A stretch of 63,272 nt of DNA, filler included, from Hausera hauseri (Eukaryota), in assembly GCA_046269625.1 (NCBI GenBank). It is 12 parts of 12 records of this genome, joined end to end, with 100 filler letters (N's around TTAATTAATTAA, not from the genome) between each part and the next. Parts side by side here need not be neighbours in the genome. Positions count along the whole stretch, not along the records: positions 11,840 to 16,527 come from JBJURY010475132.1; positions 16,628 to 20,682 come from JBJURY010790535.1; positions 20,783 to 25,673 come from JBJURY010401590.1; positions 25,774 to 30,106 come from JBJURY010631663.1; 8 more parts are not named here. One strand, written 5' to 3'. The translations under genes and the position numbers were made by a program. The notes under the pieces are model-generated. The model searched no databases. It was not told where the DNA came from and saw only the letters and a program-made list of their open reading frames with translations. This document shows positions 13,105 to 25,970 of this stretch, one piece after another; the stretch's first letter is position 1; each line of letters opens with the position of its first letter.

Positions 13105-14667
13105 AATCAAAGAGACTACTTGATGAAACAACTCGATATCGTGAAGATGTGAGAGAAGAATTAAAGGAAGACGTTCATGAGCTTGAGCAACGTAACGAAA
13201 TTCTTGCAATATTAGATCATATATTTGATCTTGACCTAAAAATAGATTCAGTATTTCAGCCGATTGAGTCGATGTACGCTCATTTGGAAAGATCTGAATT
13301 ACCGATCATGAGAACCGAGGCGGATGAACTCGGTAATCTTCGACAATATTGGAATGAATTGATTAAATGGCGGAAAGCCAAAGAAATCGTCTGCTTAATG
13401 AAAAGAGAAACGTATCCCATGAAGAACTTGAGAAACAGTTAAAGAAATTCACAGTTGAAGTGATACAATTTCGGAACTTTTTTGATTATGATTGCCCGAG
13501 TACGGCAAGATCAGATCCACTAGAAGTTGAACAAAGATGGGAGAATTTCCAAAAGCAGCATCACATTTTCGAGGAGAAACGAAACACACTGATTTCAATA
13601 AGCAAACTCTGATTTGAAAATTCAAAGTTTCTCCGAATTACATAGCATGAAAGAGGATTTGATGTTATTGACACAACTTTACAGCCTTTATCAAAATATT
13701 TCGAAATTTGAGAAAATTTTCAAAGAAACTCTGTGGAGTACAGTGGACTTAAGCACATTTCTTCTTAAGTTAACAGAATTCTGGGATGAATGTCTTACCT
13801 TGCCAAGTAAGTTAAAATAGAAAGAGTCATACGGTGAACTGAAGGGAAAAATTGATTACCTCATTAAAATTCATTCGTTTTTAATCAATTTGGAATTGAA
13901 GGAAATTCGAAACCATCATTGGCTTCGAATAATGAACATTACAAGTACAACATTTCAACTTGAGGCCGGAACTTTCACATGCTCAGACTTAACAGATATC
14001 AATTTATTAGAACACAAAAATGAAATTGAAAAAGTTTGCTATGACGCGCGTAAAGAGTTGGAACTTGAAATTAAGCTTCATCAAATTGAAGAAGAATGGA
14101 CAGAACAAGTACTTGTGTTTCAGAATCATCAAAGGCGCGGACCTGTAATTCTGGAAGTAAAATTTACACAAAGTTTGTTACAACAACTCGAGGACTCACA
14201 AATCACATTGACAAGCATGTTTAATTCTCGCCATATTGATCCAATGAAAGATGAAGCTGCTTTATGGGCAGCAAATTTGATGGAAATAAGTCAAGTATTG
14301 GAATTGTGGCTTGAAGTACAACGGTTGTGGCTGGACATAGATACCATTTTTGCAAGTCCCGTGATTGTGAAAATGCTATCAGAAACACAAAAGGTTTGAA
14401 CGTCTTGACAAAAGTTACGTAAAATCAATGAGACGAGTATTCGAAACCAAAAATGTTTTTCAGTATTGCATATCGAACGAATTCTCAAAAAGAAGTTTCT
14501 TGAAAAATATACAACAAGGATTGGAAAGTTGTTTTGATTCATTAAAAGGCTATCTTCAGACAAAAAGGGACTATCTTTCTCGATTGTGGCTTGTTCCAGA
14601 TATAACTATATTGTCAATATTAAACTGTTCCAGTGATTTAAGAAATCTTGAACAATACTTACCGTAA
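13105..14667 (+). pseudogene. Dynein heavy chain fragment (tail/DHC_N2 region, axonemal-like), intronless with stops and frameshifts
   Basis: IRNHHWLRIM, ARKELELEIKLHQIEEEW, LELWLEVQRLWLDIDTIF, SLKGYLQTKRDYLSRLWLVPD. Confidence 0.85.
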
Positions 14668-15974
14668 TTTTGGCATTTGACATTTATTGTAATTGAGTAT
14701 GTTGTTTTGAAAAGGACACAAGTCACATTTGTTTTTTACTGCCTTACGCCCTTTTCAAGATAACCTATTCATTTATAACCAAACCTAATAATTATATTAT
14801 TTACACCTTAATTTAAACAGTAAACAACTATTTATCATTTTATCTCCTCTATTTTATTTAATTACTACTTCTTAGTACTTTCCACTGCACTCTACCTGTT
14901 CTGGTGACCCGGCAGGTCCAGTGTTCTGTTCTGAGAGTTCATGTACTGTACAATACTGTACATGTACATAATATTTTCCACAAAATAGTGCCACCATTTT
15001 GTAGTTTTCTTTCATTAAGCCGTCACTGTTTTGCCAGTCTAAAGAACTACATTACCCAGAAGCCATCAGTTCACTTCCCAGAAGTCTACACTGCTTCCAA
15101 CCGCTGCTTTCTGCAAATGGAGGGAAAGTTTTGCAGCAAAGTCAGAAGTTCTGTAAGTTCTGTTGCTCACAGGACTGGCAGGAAAGTCAAGCTGAACTTC
15201 ATTCATTCAACCTTTATTTAGGCAGGTTAATCCCATTGAGCCTCGAGGACTCATTTACAAGAGAGACCTGGTTTCAACAAAGAATGATGACAACAGCGAC
15301 AACAATAGACAATCATAAGAGAAGCGTACAGGTTTTTTTTTTAAACAAGTTTAAAAAGATGTCAAATTAGCAAAACAGCTAGATTATACTGATTATAACT
15401 GTTGTTAGAGCAGAAAAACTTTGGACTACAGCCACCTGTGCGCATGTGCGACTTCACACTTGCGGAGCATTTCACACCTCCATGGGGGCTTCCCCCGAAA
15501 ATCTCCACTGAGACCTGGATTCAGAAGCCTTGGATTTCAGACAGAATGAGAGCTTCTGTTGTGTAACTAAATGACTGAACCATTTAAAAATGAAAGTGCA
15601 TCAGTTTCTTTGTTGAATTGCTGATGCTGAGCCTAAAATGATGCATATTTCTGCCTCTAACAGGTCATTTGCTGAGATACTTTGAAACTTGTAAATATTT
15701 TTCATCTTTAAACATTTTGTATCTCATCAAATGTAGCATCAACATTTGATGAAATCACGGCTGATTTGCTTTGAACCATTAGATGGAAATGCACTTAATT
15801 CACATTATGCTTTTTTTTCTTCCTGTTTTGAGAAATTTTAAAACTTTTTCTCAAAGTTTGAATGACAAAACATGGCTGTTGTGAAACAAGGTTGTGACAG
15901 CATCATGTGTTTTTTTCTTTTGCTGGTAAAGTATAAGCTGGTCACAACTGACAGGAAGATGAATGGCTCTGGGT

Positions 15975-16140
15975 TCAGTGCAGTCCTGGAAGAAACCCAT
16001 TAGAGCCGACAAAAGATTGGGCGCCGGGGCAGAGGTTCCAACGGGATGACTCTAAAAATACAGGAAGAGCTGGAATGGTGTGGTGTACAATATATCAAAC
16101 CATATTCCTGTGTTAAAGTGGCGTAGATAAAGTCCTAAAT
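15975..16140 (+). mobile_element. Short decayed Tc1-like transposase remnant
   Basis: gtcctggaagaaac...ggggcagaggttccaacgggatgactctaaaaataca resembles the ILEENL...FQQDNDPKHT-encoding segment of teleost Tc1 elements. Confidence 0.4.
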
Positions 16141-16627
16141 ACAATTTTGGTGGTTGGTGGTATGAGTGTGCAGGGATGCCTGTGTTTTCTAACGGAGAGC
16201 TGCAGGTTTCCTCTCATACTCAGAGTCATTCAAACAAACTAAATCTTAGAAATGGCTTTTTATAACACTTATAATGTCCTCCAATTATTATGAAACCTAT
16301 CTGCATAGACCATCAATATTGTTCAATAAAAACAAATAGTTTCATAAATTATAGTTACATTATGTGTACAAAATGCACCACATTTTAATTACTGCTATCC
16401 TCCAGAACTTACAAACAGCCTCAAGTAAGAAAAAAAAACATTTATGTAAAATACATGTGCTGCCATAAATGTCAACTCTAATTTTCTGTATCTTGTCAAT
16501 ATTGTATAAACCTCTGACAGCACTCAANNNNNNNNNNNNNNNNNNNNNNNNNNNNNNNNNNNNNNNNNNNNTTAATTAATTAANNNNNNNNNNNNNNNNN
16601 NNNNNNNNNNNNNNNNNNNNNNNNNNN

Positions 16628-19600
16628 ATCCAAAAGAAGATTAGGTGTAAAAAGCTGCAAAAACTGAGATATCTGACAAAACACAAACCGTGTTAAATGT
16701 GAGTCAAAAACTGTAAAAAGAATATTGCAAATGCCGTCCTTAGTCCAAAATCTGCAGAACTGTGTCGACTAATGTCAAAAAAGCGCTGCATCAACCACGA
16801 GCAGGACACCTTGCTCTACACCTTGTGTTGGCTGTCTCTGTAAGCAGACCAGATCATACAGCATCAACACCTATTTGATGTCCCTATCAGCCACGTTGAC
16901 ACCTGTGAGAGCTACTAAGCTGCTGAGCTGAGCTGCTGCCAGAGCGTGTGAGATGCTGACAGAGCATGTCATGTGCTTTTNNNNNNNNNNCCCAGCTTTG
17001 AGCTCTGTCAGAGACTGTGAGCTGTTGTCAGTGTCTGTCACATCTGTTAGCTGCTGTCCCAGCCTTTGAGCTGCAGTCAGAGCCTGTGGGCTGCTGTCAG
17101 ATGTGTGAGATGCTGTCAGAGTCTGTCAGCTGCTGTGAGCTGTTTTCACAGCCTGTCAGCTACTGTCAGAGTCTGTGAGCGGCTTTCACAGCCTGTAAGA
17201 TGCTGTCAGAGCCTGTCAGCTACTGTCAGAGTCAGTGAGCGGCTTTCTCACCTGTGAGCTGCTGTCAGAGCTTGTGAGCTACACAAGAGTCAGCAGACAG
17301 CGTCTATGAGCTGCTTTAAGATGCTGTCAGCTGCTGTCAGCTGCTGTCAGCTGCAGTCGTAGTCAATGAGTTAGTACTAGAGCCTGTGAGCTGCTCTCAG
17401 AGACTGTGAGTTGCTGTGAGCTGCTTTCAGAGCCTGTGAGCTTCTGTCAGAGACTGCGAGATGCTGTCAGAGCCTGTCAGCTACTTTCAGAGTCTGTGAG
17501 CGGCTTTCACAGCCTGTGAGCTGCTGTCAGAGCTTGTGAGCTACACTAAGAGTCAGCAGACAGCGTCTGACAAGCTGTTGAAACAGCTTGTCAGATGCTG
17601 TTGGAGTCTATGAGCTGCTACCAGAGCCTGTGAGCTGCTCTTAGAGTCTGTGAGTTTCTGTCAGATCCTTTGAGCTGCTTTCATCTGCTGTCATGTGAGC
17701 TCATGTCACATCCAGTCAGCTGCTGTCACAGTCTTTGAGCTGCATTCAGACCCTGTGAGCTGCTTTAAGCTACTGTCATAGCTTGTGATCTCGTGACAAA
17801 GCATTTTAGCTGCTTTCACAGCCTTTAATCTGCAGTCAGATCCTGTGAGTTGCTACCAGAGCCTGTGATTTGCTCTCAGAGTCTTTGAGTTGCTGTCATC
17901 TGCTATCAGAGCCTGTGAACCTCTGTCATAGCCTGTGAGCGGCTTTCATAGACGTCAGCTATGAAATAGTCTGTGCATAGTCTGTGAACTGCTGTCCGAG
18001 TCTGTGACCTCCTCTTAGCAGCTGTCAGAGCCTGTTAGCTGCTGTCAGATCCTTTAAGTTGAAATTATTTGCAGTCATGTGAGCTCCTTTCCTAGCCTGT
18101 GAGCTGTTGTCAGAGTCTTTGAACTGCTTTTAGCTTTTGTCATAGCCTGTGAGCTCCTGTAAAAAGCCTGTTAGCTGCTGTCACAGCCTTTTAGCTTCAG
18201 TTAAACCCTATGAGCTGCTACCAGAGCCTGTGAGCTGTTGTCAGACTCTGTGTCCTGCAGTCAGAAAGAGCGAGTTGTCAGCTGCTGTAAGAGTTTGTGA
18301 ACTGCCTTCAGAGGCTGTGAGACTCCTCATCCAAAAGAAGATTAGGTGCAAAAAGCTGCAAAAACAAAGAGATATATGACAAAACACAAACCGTGTTAAA
18401 AGTGAGTCAAAAATTGTAAAAAGAAAATTGCAAATGCCGTCCATTGTCCAAAATCTGCAGAACTGTGTCAAAACCCTGTAGAAGCAAGAATATTGCCATT
18501 AATGTCCGCATTGTTGTGACACAGACACAAAAACACGAGAAAGGACATCCAAATAGCAATAAAAGTGAAACTGAGGCAAAATGGTTCAAGCCAATGTAAA
18601 AATATTGCCAAACGCTAGAAAAACAAGCAAATCGCAAATCAATATTAAAAAGCACAGGAACCGGCTAAAAAATCATGAAAAGTGCCGACTAATGACAAAA
18701 AAGCGCTGCATCAACCACGAGCAGGACACAATCCACAGATCAGCCTATTCAACCCTGATTGGATGGCTGGTTTTGCAGCCCAGTTACATACCTAAGCAGC
18801 CTCACCTCCAAGATGGACCCTATGCGGCCTCTCCACATTTTGGCTAGTTGGCTCCACAGCCCAGTCACCTCTATGAAGCTCTACACCTTGTGTTGGCTGT
18901 CTCTGCAAGCAGACCAGATCATACAGCATCAACACCTCTTTGATGTCCCTATCAGCCACGTTGACACCTGTGAGAGCTACTGAGCTGCTGAGCTGAGCTG
19001 CTGCCAGAGCGTGTGAGATGCTGACAGAGCATGTCATGTGCTTTTAGGTCCTGTAAACTGCTACCAGAGCCAGTGAGCTGCTGCCAGAGTCTGTGTGCTG
19101 CAGACAGCGTCTATGAGCTGTCAGCAGCTTTCAGCTGCAGGCGTAGTCAATGAGTGACTACTAGAACCTGTGAGCTGCTCTCAGAGTCTGTGAGTTGCTG
19201 TCAGCTGCTTTCAGAGCCTGTGAGCTTTTGTCAGAGCCTGCGAGATGTTTCCATTGCCTGTCAGCTGCTGTCAGATTCAGTGAGCTGCTGTCAGAGGCTT
19301 TAAGCTGCTGTCAAAGCGTGTGCTCCTGTCAGAGCGTTTGAGCGGCAGTCAGAGCCTGTGAGCTGTTGTTACTATTCTATGAGCTGCTATCACACTTTGC
19401 GAGCTGATGTCTGTCAGCTATGGTCAGCTGCTGTCAGAGAATGTGAGCTGTTGTCAGTGTCTGTCACAGCTGTTAGCTGCTGTCCCAGCTTTGAGCTGCA
19501 GTCAGAGCCTGTGGGCTGCTGTCAGAGCGTGTGAGATGCTGTCAGAGCCTGTCAGCTGCTGTGAGCTGTTTTCACAGCCTGTCAGCTACTGTCAGAGCCT

Positions 19601-20682
19601 GTGAGCTGCTTTCACAGCCTGTAAGATGCTGTCAGAGCCTGTCAGCTACTGTCAGAGTCTGTGAGCGGCTCTCACAGCCTGTGAGCTGCTGTCAGAGCTT
19701 GTGAGCTACACAAGAGTCAGCAGACTGCGTCTATGAGCTGCTGTAAGATGCTGTCAGCTGCTGTCAGCGGCTGTCAGCTGCAGTCGTAGTCAATGAGTTA
19801 GAACTAGAGCCTGTGAACTGCTCTCAGAGTCTGTGAGTTGCTGTGAGCTGCTTTCAGAGCCTGTGAGCTTTGTCAGAGCCTGCGAGATGCTGTCAGAGCC
19901 TGTCAGCTACTGTCAGAGTCTGTGAGCGGCATTCACAGCCTGTAAGATGCTGTCAGAGCTTGTGAGCTACACTGAGTCAGCAGACAGCGTCTGTGAGCTG
20001 TTGAAACAGCTTGTCGGAGTCATTGAGCTGCTACCAGAGCCTGTGAGCTGCTCTCAGAGTCTGTGAGTTTCTGTGAGCTGCTGTCAAATCCTTTGAGCTG
20101 CTATCATCTGCTGTCATGTGAGCTCATGTCACATCCTATCAGCTGCTGTCACAGTCTTTGAGCTGCATTCAGACCCTGTGAGCTGCTTTTAGCTACTGTC
20201 ATAGCTTGTGATCTCGTGACAAACCTTTTTAGCTGCTTTCACAGGCTTTAATCTGCAGTCAGATCCTGTGAGTTGCTACCAGAGCCTGTGAGCTGCTCTC
20301 AGAGTCTGTGAGTTGCTGTCATCTGCTGTCAGATCCTTTGAGTTGATTTCATTTGCAGTCATGTGAGTTCATGTCACATCCTGTCAGCTGCTGTCACAGT
20401 CTTTGAGCTGAATTCAGAACCTGTGAGATGCTGTCAGTGCCTATCCGCTTGTGTCGGAGCCTGTGAGCAGCAGACAGCGTCTGTGAGCTGTGGAAACAGC
20501 ATGTCAGCTGCTGTCGGAGCCTATGAGCTCCATTCACAGCTTGTTAGCTGTTGTCACAGGCTTTAAGCAGCAGTTAGATCATGAGCGCTGCTGCAAGAGC
20601 CTGTGAGCTTCTGTCAGGTTCAGTGAGCAGCTGTCAGAGGCTTTAAGATGCTGTCATAGCGTGTGCTCCTATCTGAGCGTTT
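16628..20682. repeat. Complex satellite: CTGT(G/C)AG-based 10/20-bp subunits within a multi-kb higher-order repeat
   Basis: Very many ctgtgagctg/ctgtcagagc variants; the unique block atccaaaagaagattaggtg occurs at 16628 and 18329. Confidence 0.92.
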
Positions 20683-20782
20683 NNNNNNNNNNNNNNNNNN
20701 NNNNNNNNNNNNNNNNNNNNNNNNNNTTAATTAATTAANNNNNNNNNNNNNNNNNNNNNNNNNNNNNNNNNNNNNNNNNNNN

Positions 20783-22500
20783 AACGAATGCAATGGAGAG
20801 GCTACTGTTGATATTCTTTAATAAATTTTCGATAATATCCTATAAGACTGAGAAACTTTAGAACTCCCTTAACTAGTTTCGGGACTGAAAAATCTTGTAT
20901 TTTATTTATTTTCCCAATCTGAGGACTAATGCCTTTTCTGCTTACATTATGTCCTAAAAAATCAACCTTGTTTCTAACAAAACAACATTTCTTGAAACTG
21001 ATTTTATGCCAAGAAGAGCACACCTCTCTAACATATCTTTGAGGTGTTCTTTATGTTGTTAATAGTCACTGTAAGCGATTATGACATCATCTACGTAACA
21101 CATTATTTGAAATGTTGCCGGAGAATTTTTCATTCCAAATGCCATTCGGTTAAATTCGTAATGCCCATTTGCGGTCACGAAAGCTGTTTTTTGTTTACCT
21201 TCTTCCTGTACGTCTATCTGCCAAAAACCTTTTTTTATAGATCTAACGTGATAAATAACATTTTATCTTCCAATTTATCCAATAATTCGTCAATTCTAGG
21301 TAGTGGATAGGTATTGTCTATTGTTACCTCGTTAAGAGCACGGTAATCCACACACATTCTGATAGATCCATCTTCTTTCTGCACCATTACAGTTGAAACT
21401 GCCAATGGAGAATTACTGTGTCTCATTATATCATGTTTTCTCATTTCAGCTATTATTTTTTTTGCTTTTTATCTTTTATCGTAATTGAGCCGATATGGCC
21501 TCTTCTTAATAGGGGTTTCCATCCCGGCTTTTAATTTAATTTCATGTTTAATAACGGGGATTATACACATATCATATTCGTCAATGGCGAAGGTATCTTT
21601 GTATTGTTGTAATGTTTTGATTATTCCTTCTTTTTCGGAATCTGTCAATGTGCTGTCTTTACCCAACAAATCATAATCATTCCAATTAATGGGGGTCTTG
21701 ACAAATGTTGTCATTCTTTTATTTTTGTTAAGATGACCTTTTAGTTTATTCATTGGTTCTGTTTCGAATCGTATTCCAAATTCTGTTTGGGGTTTTTGTT
21801 GTTGTTTTTCTATAAATTCATATAACTCTTGTACGGTGGAAATAATGGCCACTGTTGCTTTATTGCCTATATCTTTTATGATGTATACATAGGCAATTCT
21901 CATGCCTTTTCTTAATAGTTTGTTTGAAACATGGGCTATTCGAACGATTACTTGTTGTTCTCGAATGTTCTCGATTGTATGAGCTAGCCATAGCTCATTC
22001 TTGTCCATGAACGTTATATGTGGTTCAATATAAACGTCTCCTTCATCTCGACCTTCTACTAAAGTTTTGAGCACAATCGCCGTTCTGGCTGGTATTAGCA
22101 CGTCTTCCATAATGGCCACTGTATCCTTTTTCTCATTCTTTGTTTTTCGATATGGTTGGATTTGTTGAGTTTCCATGTGTATACACATATCTTTTAATTT
22201 TGCTAACGCGTCACACCCGAGTATAGCTTCAGCCACCAATTCATCAGCTATTCTGAATTCCTTTTCAAATTTTTGGTTTAGAACTTTTGTCTCACATTTA
22301 ATCAGATCTTTCACTTGTACTCTTGTTCCGAATGCTCCAACATTCGTAATGTCCTCTTTGGGTTTTTGTAACATTTTCTTCAGTTGTTCTGGAAGTTGTT
22401 TGCGTGAGATCATTGAGGCTGATGCTCCTGTGTCAGTTATGGCTGTGATAGGATATCCGTCTATCCAAATTACTGTTCTCGGAATTACTTTACCGCCATC
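20783..22500 (-). pseudogene. Aspartic protease and reverse transcriptase
   Basis: AITDTGASASMI, AILGCDAL, PIKKRPYRL, KEDGSIRMCVDYRALN, YPLPRIDELL, CYVDDV at about 21083-21100, KVDFLGH. Confidence 0.93.
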
Positions 22501-22849
22501 TATGCTGGTTATCAAAACTTCGTTAGGAGCTAATGGATAAAATGTGAGTTTCATATATTTTGGCTCACAGTTATCTATATCGCTAGAACAATGTATATCT
22601 ATATATTCATTAGGGGATATGAAACGTTGTTGTTCCATTGGATACTTATTCCATTTTCTGATTTGGAGAATATCCGAAAGTAGAGTTCTCCGTTTCTTAC
22701 TTCGAGCAGTGATTAAACTCCATGTTTTCTTAGTACGATCAAACGACTGATGTCCTGTTTCTTTTCTCTTCTTTACTGGAGGCTCATCGTCTTCATCATT
22801 GGTGTCGTTTCTGTTTCTATTCTTCTGGTTCCATTCTACATCCTTCTTT

Positions 22850-24685
22850 GTTAGGAAACAGCTAGCAATTGACGGAATTAAGGCGCATATGATTTTCCAG
22901 GTACATCCAGCAGTTTGTTTTATGCCATAACCTTTTGTTATCATTGCCAGGATTACTTTTATAAATGCAAAAATATAATAAAATCCTAACCATCCCGAAT
23001 TAAATTGACCAAACCACATGTACCATCCTCAGGCAGTAGTAAATATATCCTTAGCAATTTTCTTTGCATAGCCAGGTCTTATCAAATTTTCCCAGTTAAC
23101 TTTCTCCGTATGATCAGCTAGCACTTTTATTGCCATCTCCGTTAAAACTTTCTGTTTTTGTTGATGAAACATCATCATCCTTTTATGATTTTCCATATCT
23201 TGCTCATAATATACGCCCGTCTTTACTAAATCTGTTAGTGGTTTATACGTTTGTTCCATTTTTAAATTAATTAGACTAATTCACCGAGGTGGAGTAATCT
23301 GCTCTTTTTTCAGCATCATTATACACAAGTTGTCGCTTAGTCGAAATTCTGGCGACATAGTATATGTACAATTTTGATGTACGTAGGGTTTTTCTGTCGG
23401 ATCCAATAGTATCCTTGTAATTGGTTGAAGGAAACGTGGTTTTTCTTTGTACCAGACAGGTAACACCATTGTACATTCACTGGTTGGTCTAAGTTTAACG
23501 GATACTCTAGTACATTCGAATCTTACAAGAGTTTCACCCATTGTTTGTGCAAATTTCCCTTCTGCATCAGGTGATTCGGCTGGATGTTTTATTATTCCGT
23601 CCGTTATCGCCGACAGATATTCTGTTTTTGATTATGTCGCGATTAAATTTATAATCTTTCAAGATTATTTCTCGATACATTGTGTAAATATTTTCCTGTT
23701 TGAAGTGATAGATGAAGTCTATTTTATTGTCAAAATACAGATGCGGTTTTACTTCCGATTTATCAATCTGTCTTTTAGCTTCTTCAATTCTTGTTGTCGA
23801 CAGGAATATTCCTTTGTAGTTTGTTCGGTATAACGTTTCATCACATCTCTTAGTATCGCCTTCTAATTTAAATCACATCCCTTCTGTCGGATCTGCTGAG
23901 TATACTATAGGTGGTGTATCAATTGTGTCTGATACTCGAAATATTTGACTTTTGGATATTTCTTTGTATATCTGTCCTCTAGTCTCGTTAAACTTTCCAA
24001 CCTTTAATAATACCAAATGGCATCGATCTCTGTTAACTTCGTATGACATGATTGATTCACCCGTATCACATTCTTTATTATAATTGTCACATTCGGGAAA
24101 TATCATCATTTTTCCAGACGATATTTCGAAGAGTGCGTCGTATTCCCTTAACTTAACTTGATAGTCTTCAATAACTGTCACATTATCCAGTATTTCATTG
24201 TTTATGTTATATGACTCACTTTTACAGTATCCTGTTTTATCGATTGAACCGGCTACAAAAATTCTTTTATTAATAATTTTTTCTTTTGGAGCCCTTAACC
24301 GAATGTTTCCAATATTGATCTGTTTTGTAACAAATGCTTCTAGGCACATCCGTTTACTTATTGGAAGTGGCTCAAACGTAGTAGTTGGTTCTATTATAGC
24401 TGAGTTCCTGTACCAGTAGCCACAAATAAAATAAAAATGATTTCTTCGGACAAAACATTCTTTTACTTTTGTCTTTACAAATTCTGATTCCTGATAAACA
24501 TAATATTCTTTTTCTGGTAATGTAATAGTGACGTTGGATTAGCAAATGGATATTTTTCTAAGTACAGTAAAGAATATATTGGACCGTCCTTAGCTTGGTT
24601 GCAATCATGTGCAATAATGGAAAGTGTTTTTGGCATAAAACTAACATAAGGAGTATGAGTATAACCTTAATTAGCCATGATAGAT
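22850..24685 (-). pseudogene. Envelope glycoprotein, chuvirus-like / class III (gB-like) fusogen
   Basis: Signal peptide WLIKVILILLML, then SIIAHDCNQAKDGPIYSLL; GETLVRFECTRVSVKLRPTSECTMVLPVWYKEKPRFLQPITRIL; C-terminal hydrophobic region WFGQFNSGWLGFYYIF...GYGIKQTAGCTW. Confidence 0.75.
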
Positions 24686-25257
24686 TTTGTTGTCTCTCTG
24701 GTTGTTGAGGTGGGAAATGTTTTGTCTGTCGATGCGTGACTGGTACGGATTTGTGTATTGTCGTCTGAATTAAACTAGTAATCCATCCACCTCTACATTT
24801 TACCCATCCGTCGACGTCAGCCTTTAACGCTCTAGTAGCAATTTCTATATTTCTCTCTATCTCTTCTTGGTTTGGATTAATTCCATTTATCACTATTATT
24901 TTATACAAGAGACAGGATATTGCTGTTACAATTTTATTTCGAGATATGCCAGTTCCAATCATTCTGGACAGTATGTTTCTTTCGTGGATTTCATTTATCC
25001 TCTCATTTGTAGGAATGTCTGCAAATTGTTCACTAATCTTTTTGATCTAATTCCTGATGCATTGAATTAGTGAATCTGGTATTTGTAAGTTTGTGTTAAA
25101 TTCAACAAAAGCATTACGCATTCGTGTTAACAAGGTTGGCAATAATGTTGTCAACGATACATTATCTACATCATATTCATCTTCTGTTGTTAGCAATCTC
25201 AGAAGAATTTCATCATCTCTGGCTTTCCTGCCTTTCAGTTGATAAAGTTTCGTTGTT

Positions 25258-25658
25258 CCTTTTGGTCTGCCACGATTTCTCTTATTCGTTTGGATTTGTT
25301 CTGATATAGGAATATTTATTTCAGCTTCTACTTGTTGAGCCTGATTCAGATGTTCAGCTTCTTGTATTTTTTGCCTAACGTCAGTGATGATTTCATCAAT
25401 TATCTCTTGTTCGGATTGTCTATAAGTAATGCACACAATGTTGTATCGGTTCTCCCAGATACCTACTTCATATAAAGTTTCATAATCCATCAGCGTTCGT
25501 CCGTAGAAGCGTAACTCTAATTTTCCTTGAGGCTGGTTTATTTCATTAATTCTGTTTCTTAATACAATTATCATATATAGCAACTTCATTCTTAGAACAT
25601 GAAAGTCGTGGTTATACTGTTGGAATGTAACCATTATTTCCGTGTTTTCTCCAACCAT
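25258..25658 (-). CDS. Ubiquitin-like domain followed by an AT-hook
   Basis: LELRFYGRTLMDYETLYEVGIWENRYNIVCITYR parallels ubiquitin [40 protein letters not shown] follows. Confidence 0.55.
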
Positions 25659-25899
25659 TCTTACCCTATCGGCNNNNNNNNNNNNNNNNNNNNNNNNNNN
25701 NNNNNNNNNNNNNNNNNTTAATTAATTAANNNNNNNNNNNNNNNNNNNNNNNNNNNNNNNNNNNNNNNNNNNNATTATTGTGTAATCAAATTTTGAATAT
25801 TCGATTTGGGAAATTGAAAATCGAAATACAGTGTTGCGACGAAATTATTGTGTAATTACTAAAATTAGAATTTGGAATTTTGAAATAAAGGAATCCAAA

Positions 25900-25970
25900 A
25901 TAGAATGACGTCATTTTAATAATAGAATGACGTCACTCTCAAAATAGTAACTACCAGGTATAAAAGCAAA
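25900..25970 (+). promoter_or_regulatory. Putative Pol II promoter: two CRE sites and a TATA box
   Basis: TGACGTCA at 25906 and 25928 within a duplicated AATAGAATGACGTCA; TATAAAA at 25959; ATG at 26089. Confidence 0.45.

Larger units (their letters stand above)
20783..25673 (-). mobile_element. Decayed env-bearing Ty3/Gypsy polyprotein segment: UBL-like, AT-hook, env, protease, RT
   Basis: Collinear minus-strand ORF fragments covering the whole contig. Confidence 0.85.

Noticed and set aside
12531-13442. 303-aa ORF as a real ankyrin-dynein fusion gene
   Set aside because: No convincing start, conserved ankyrin residues are mutated, and the dynein part continues with frameshifts and stops
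17066-20566. Cys/Ser-rich ORFs resembling keratin-associated or metallothionein proteins
   Set aside because: Translations of the CTGTGAG/CTGTCAG satellite
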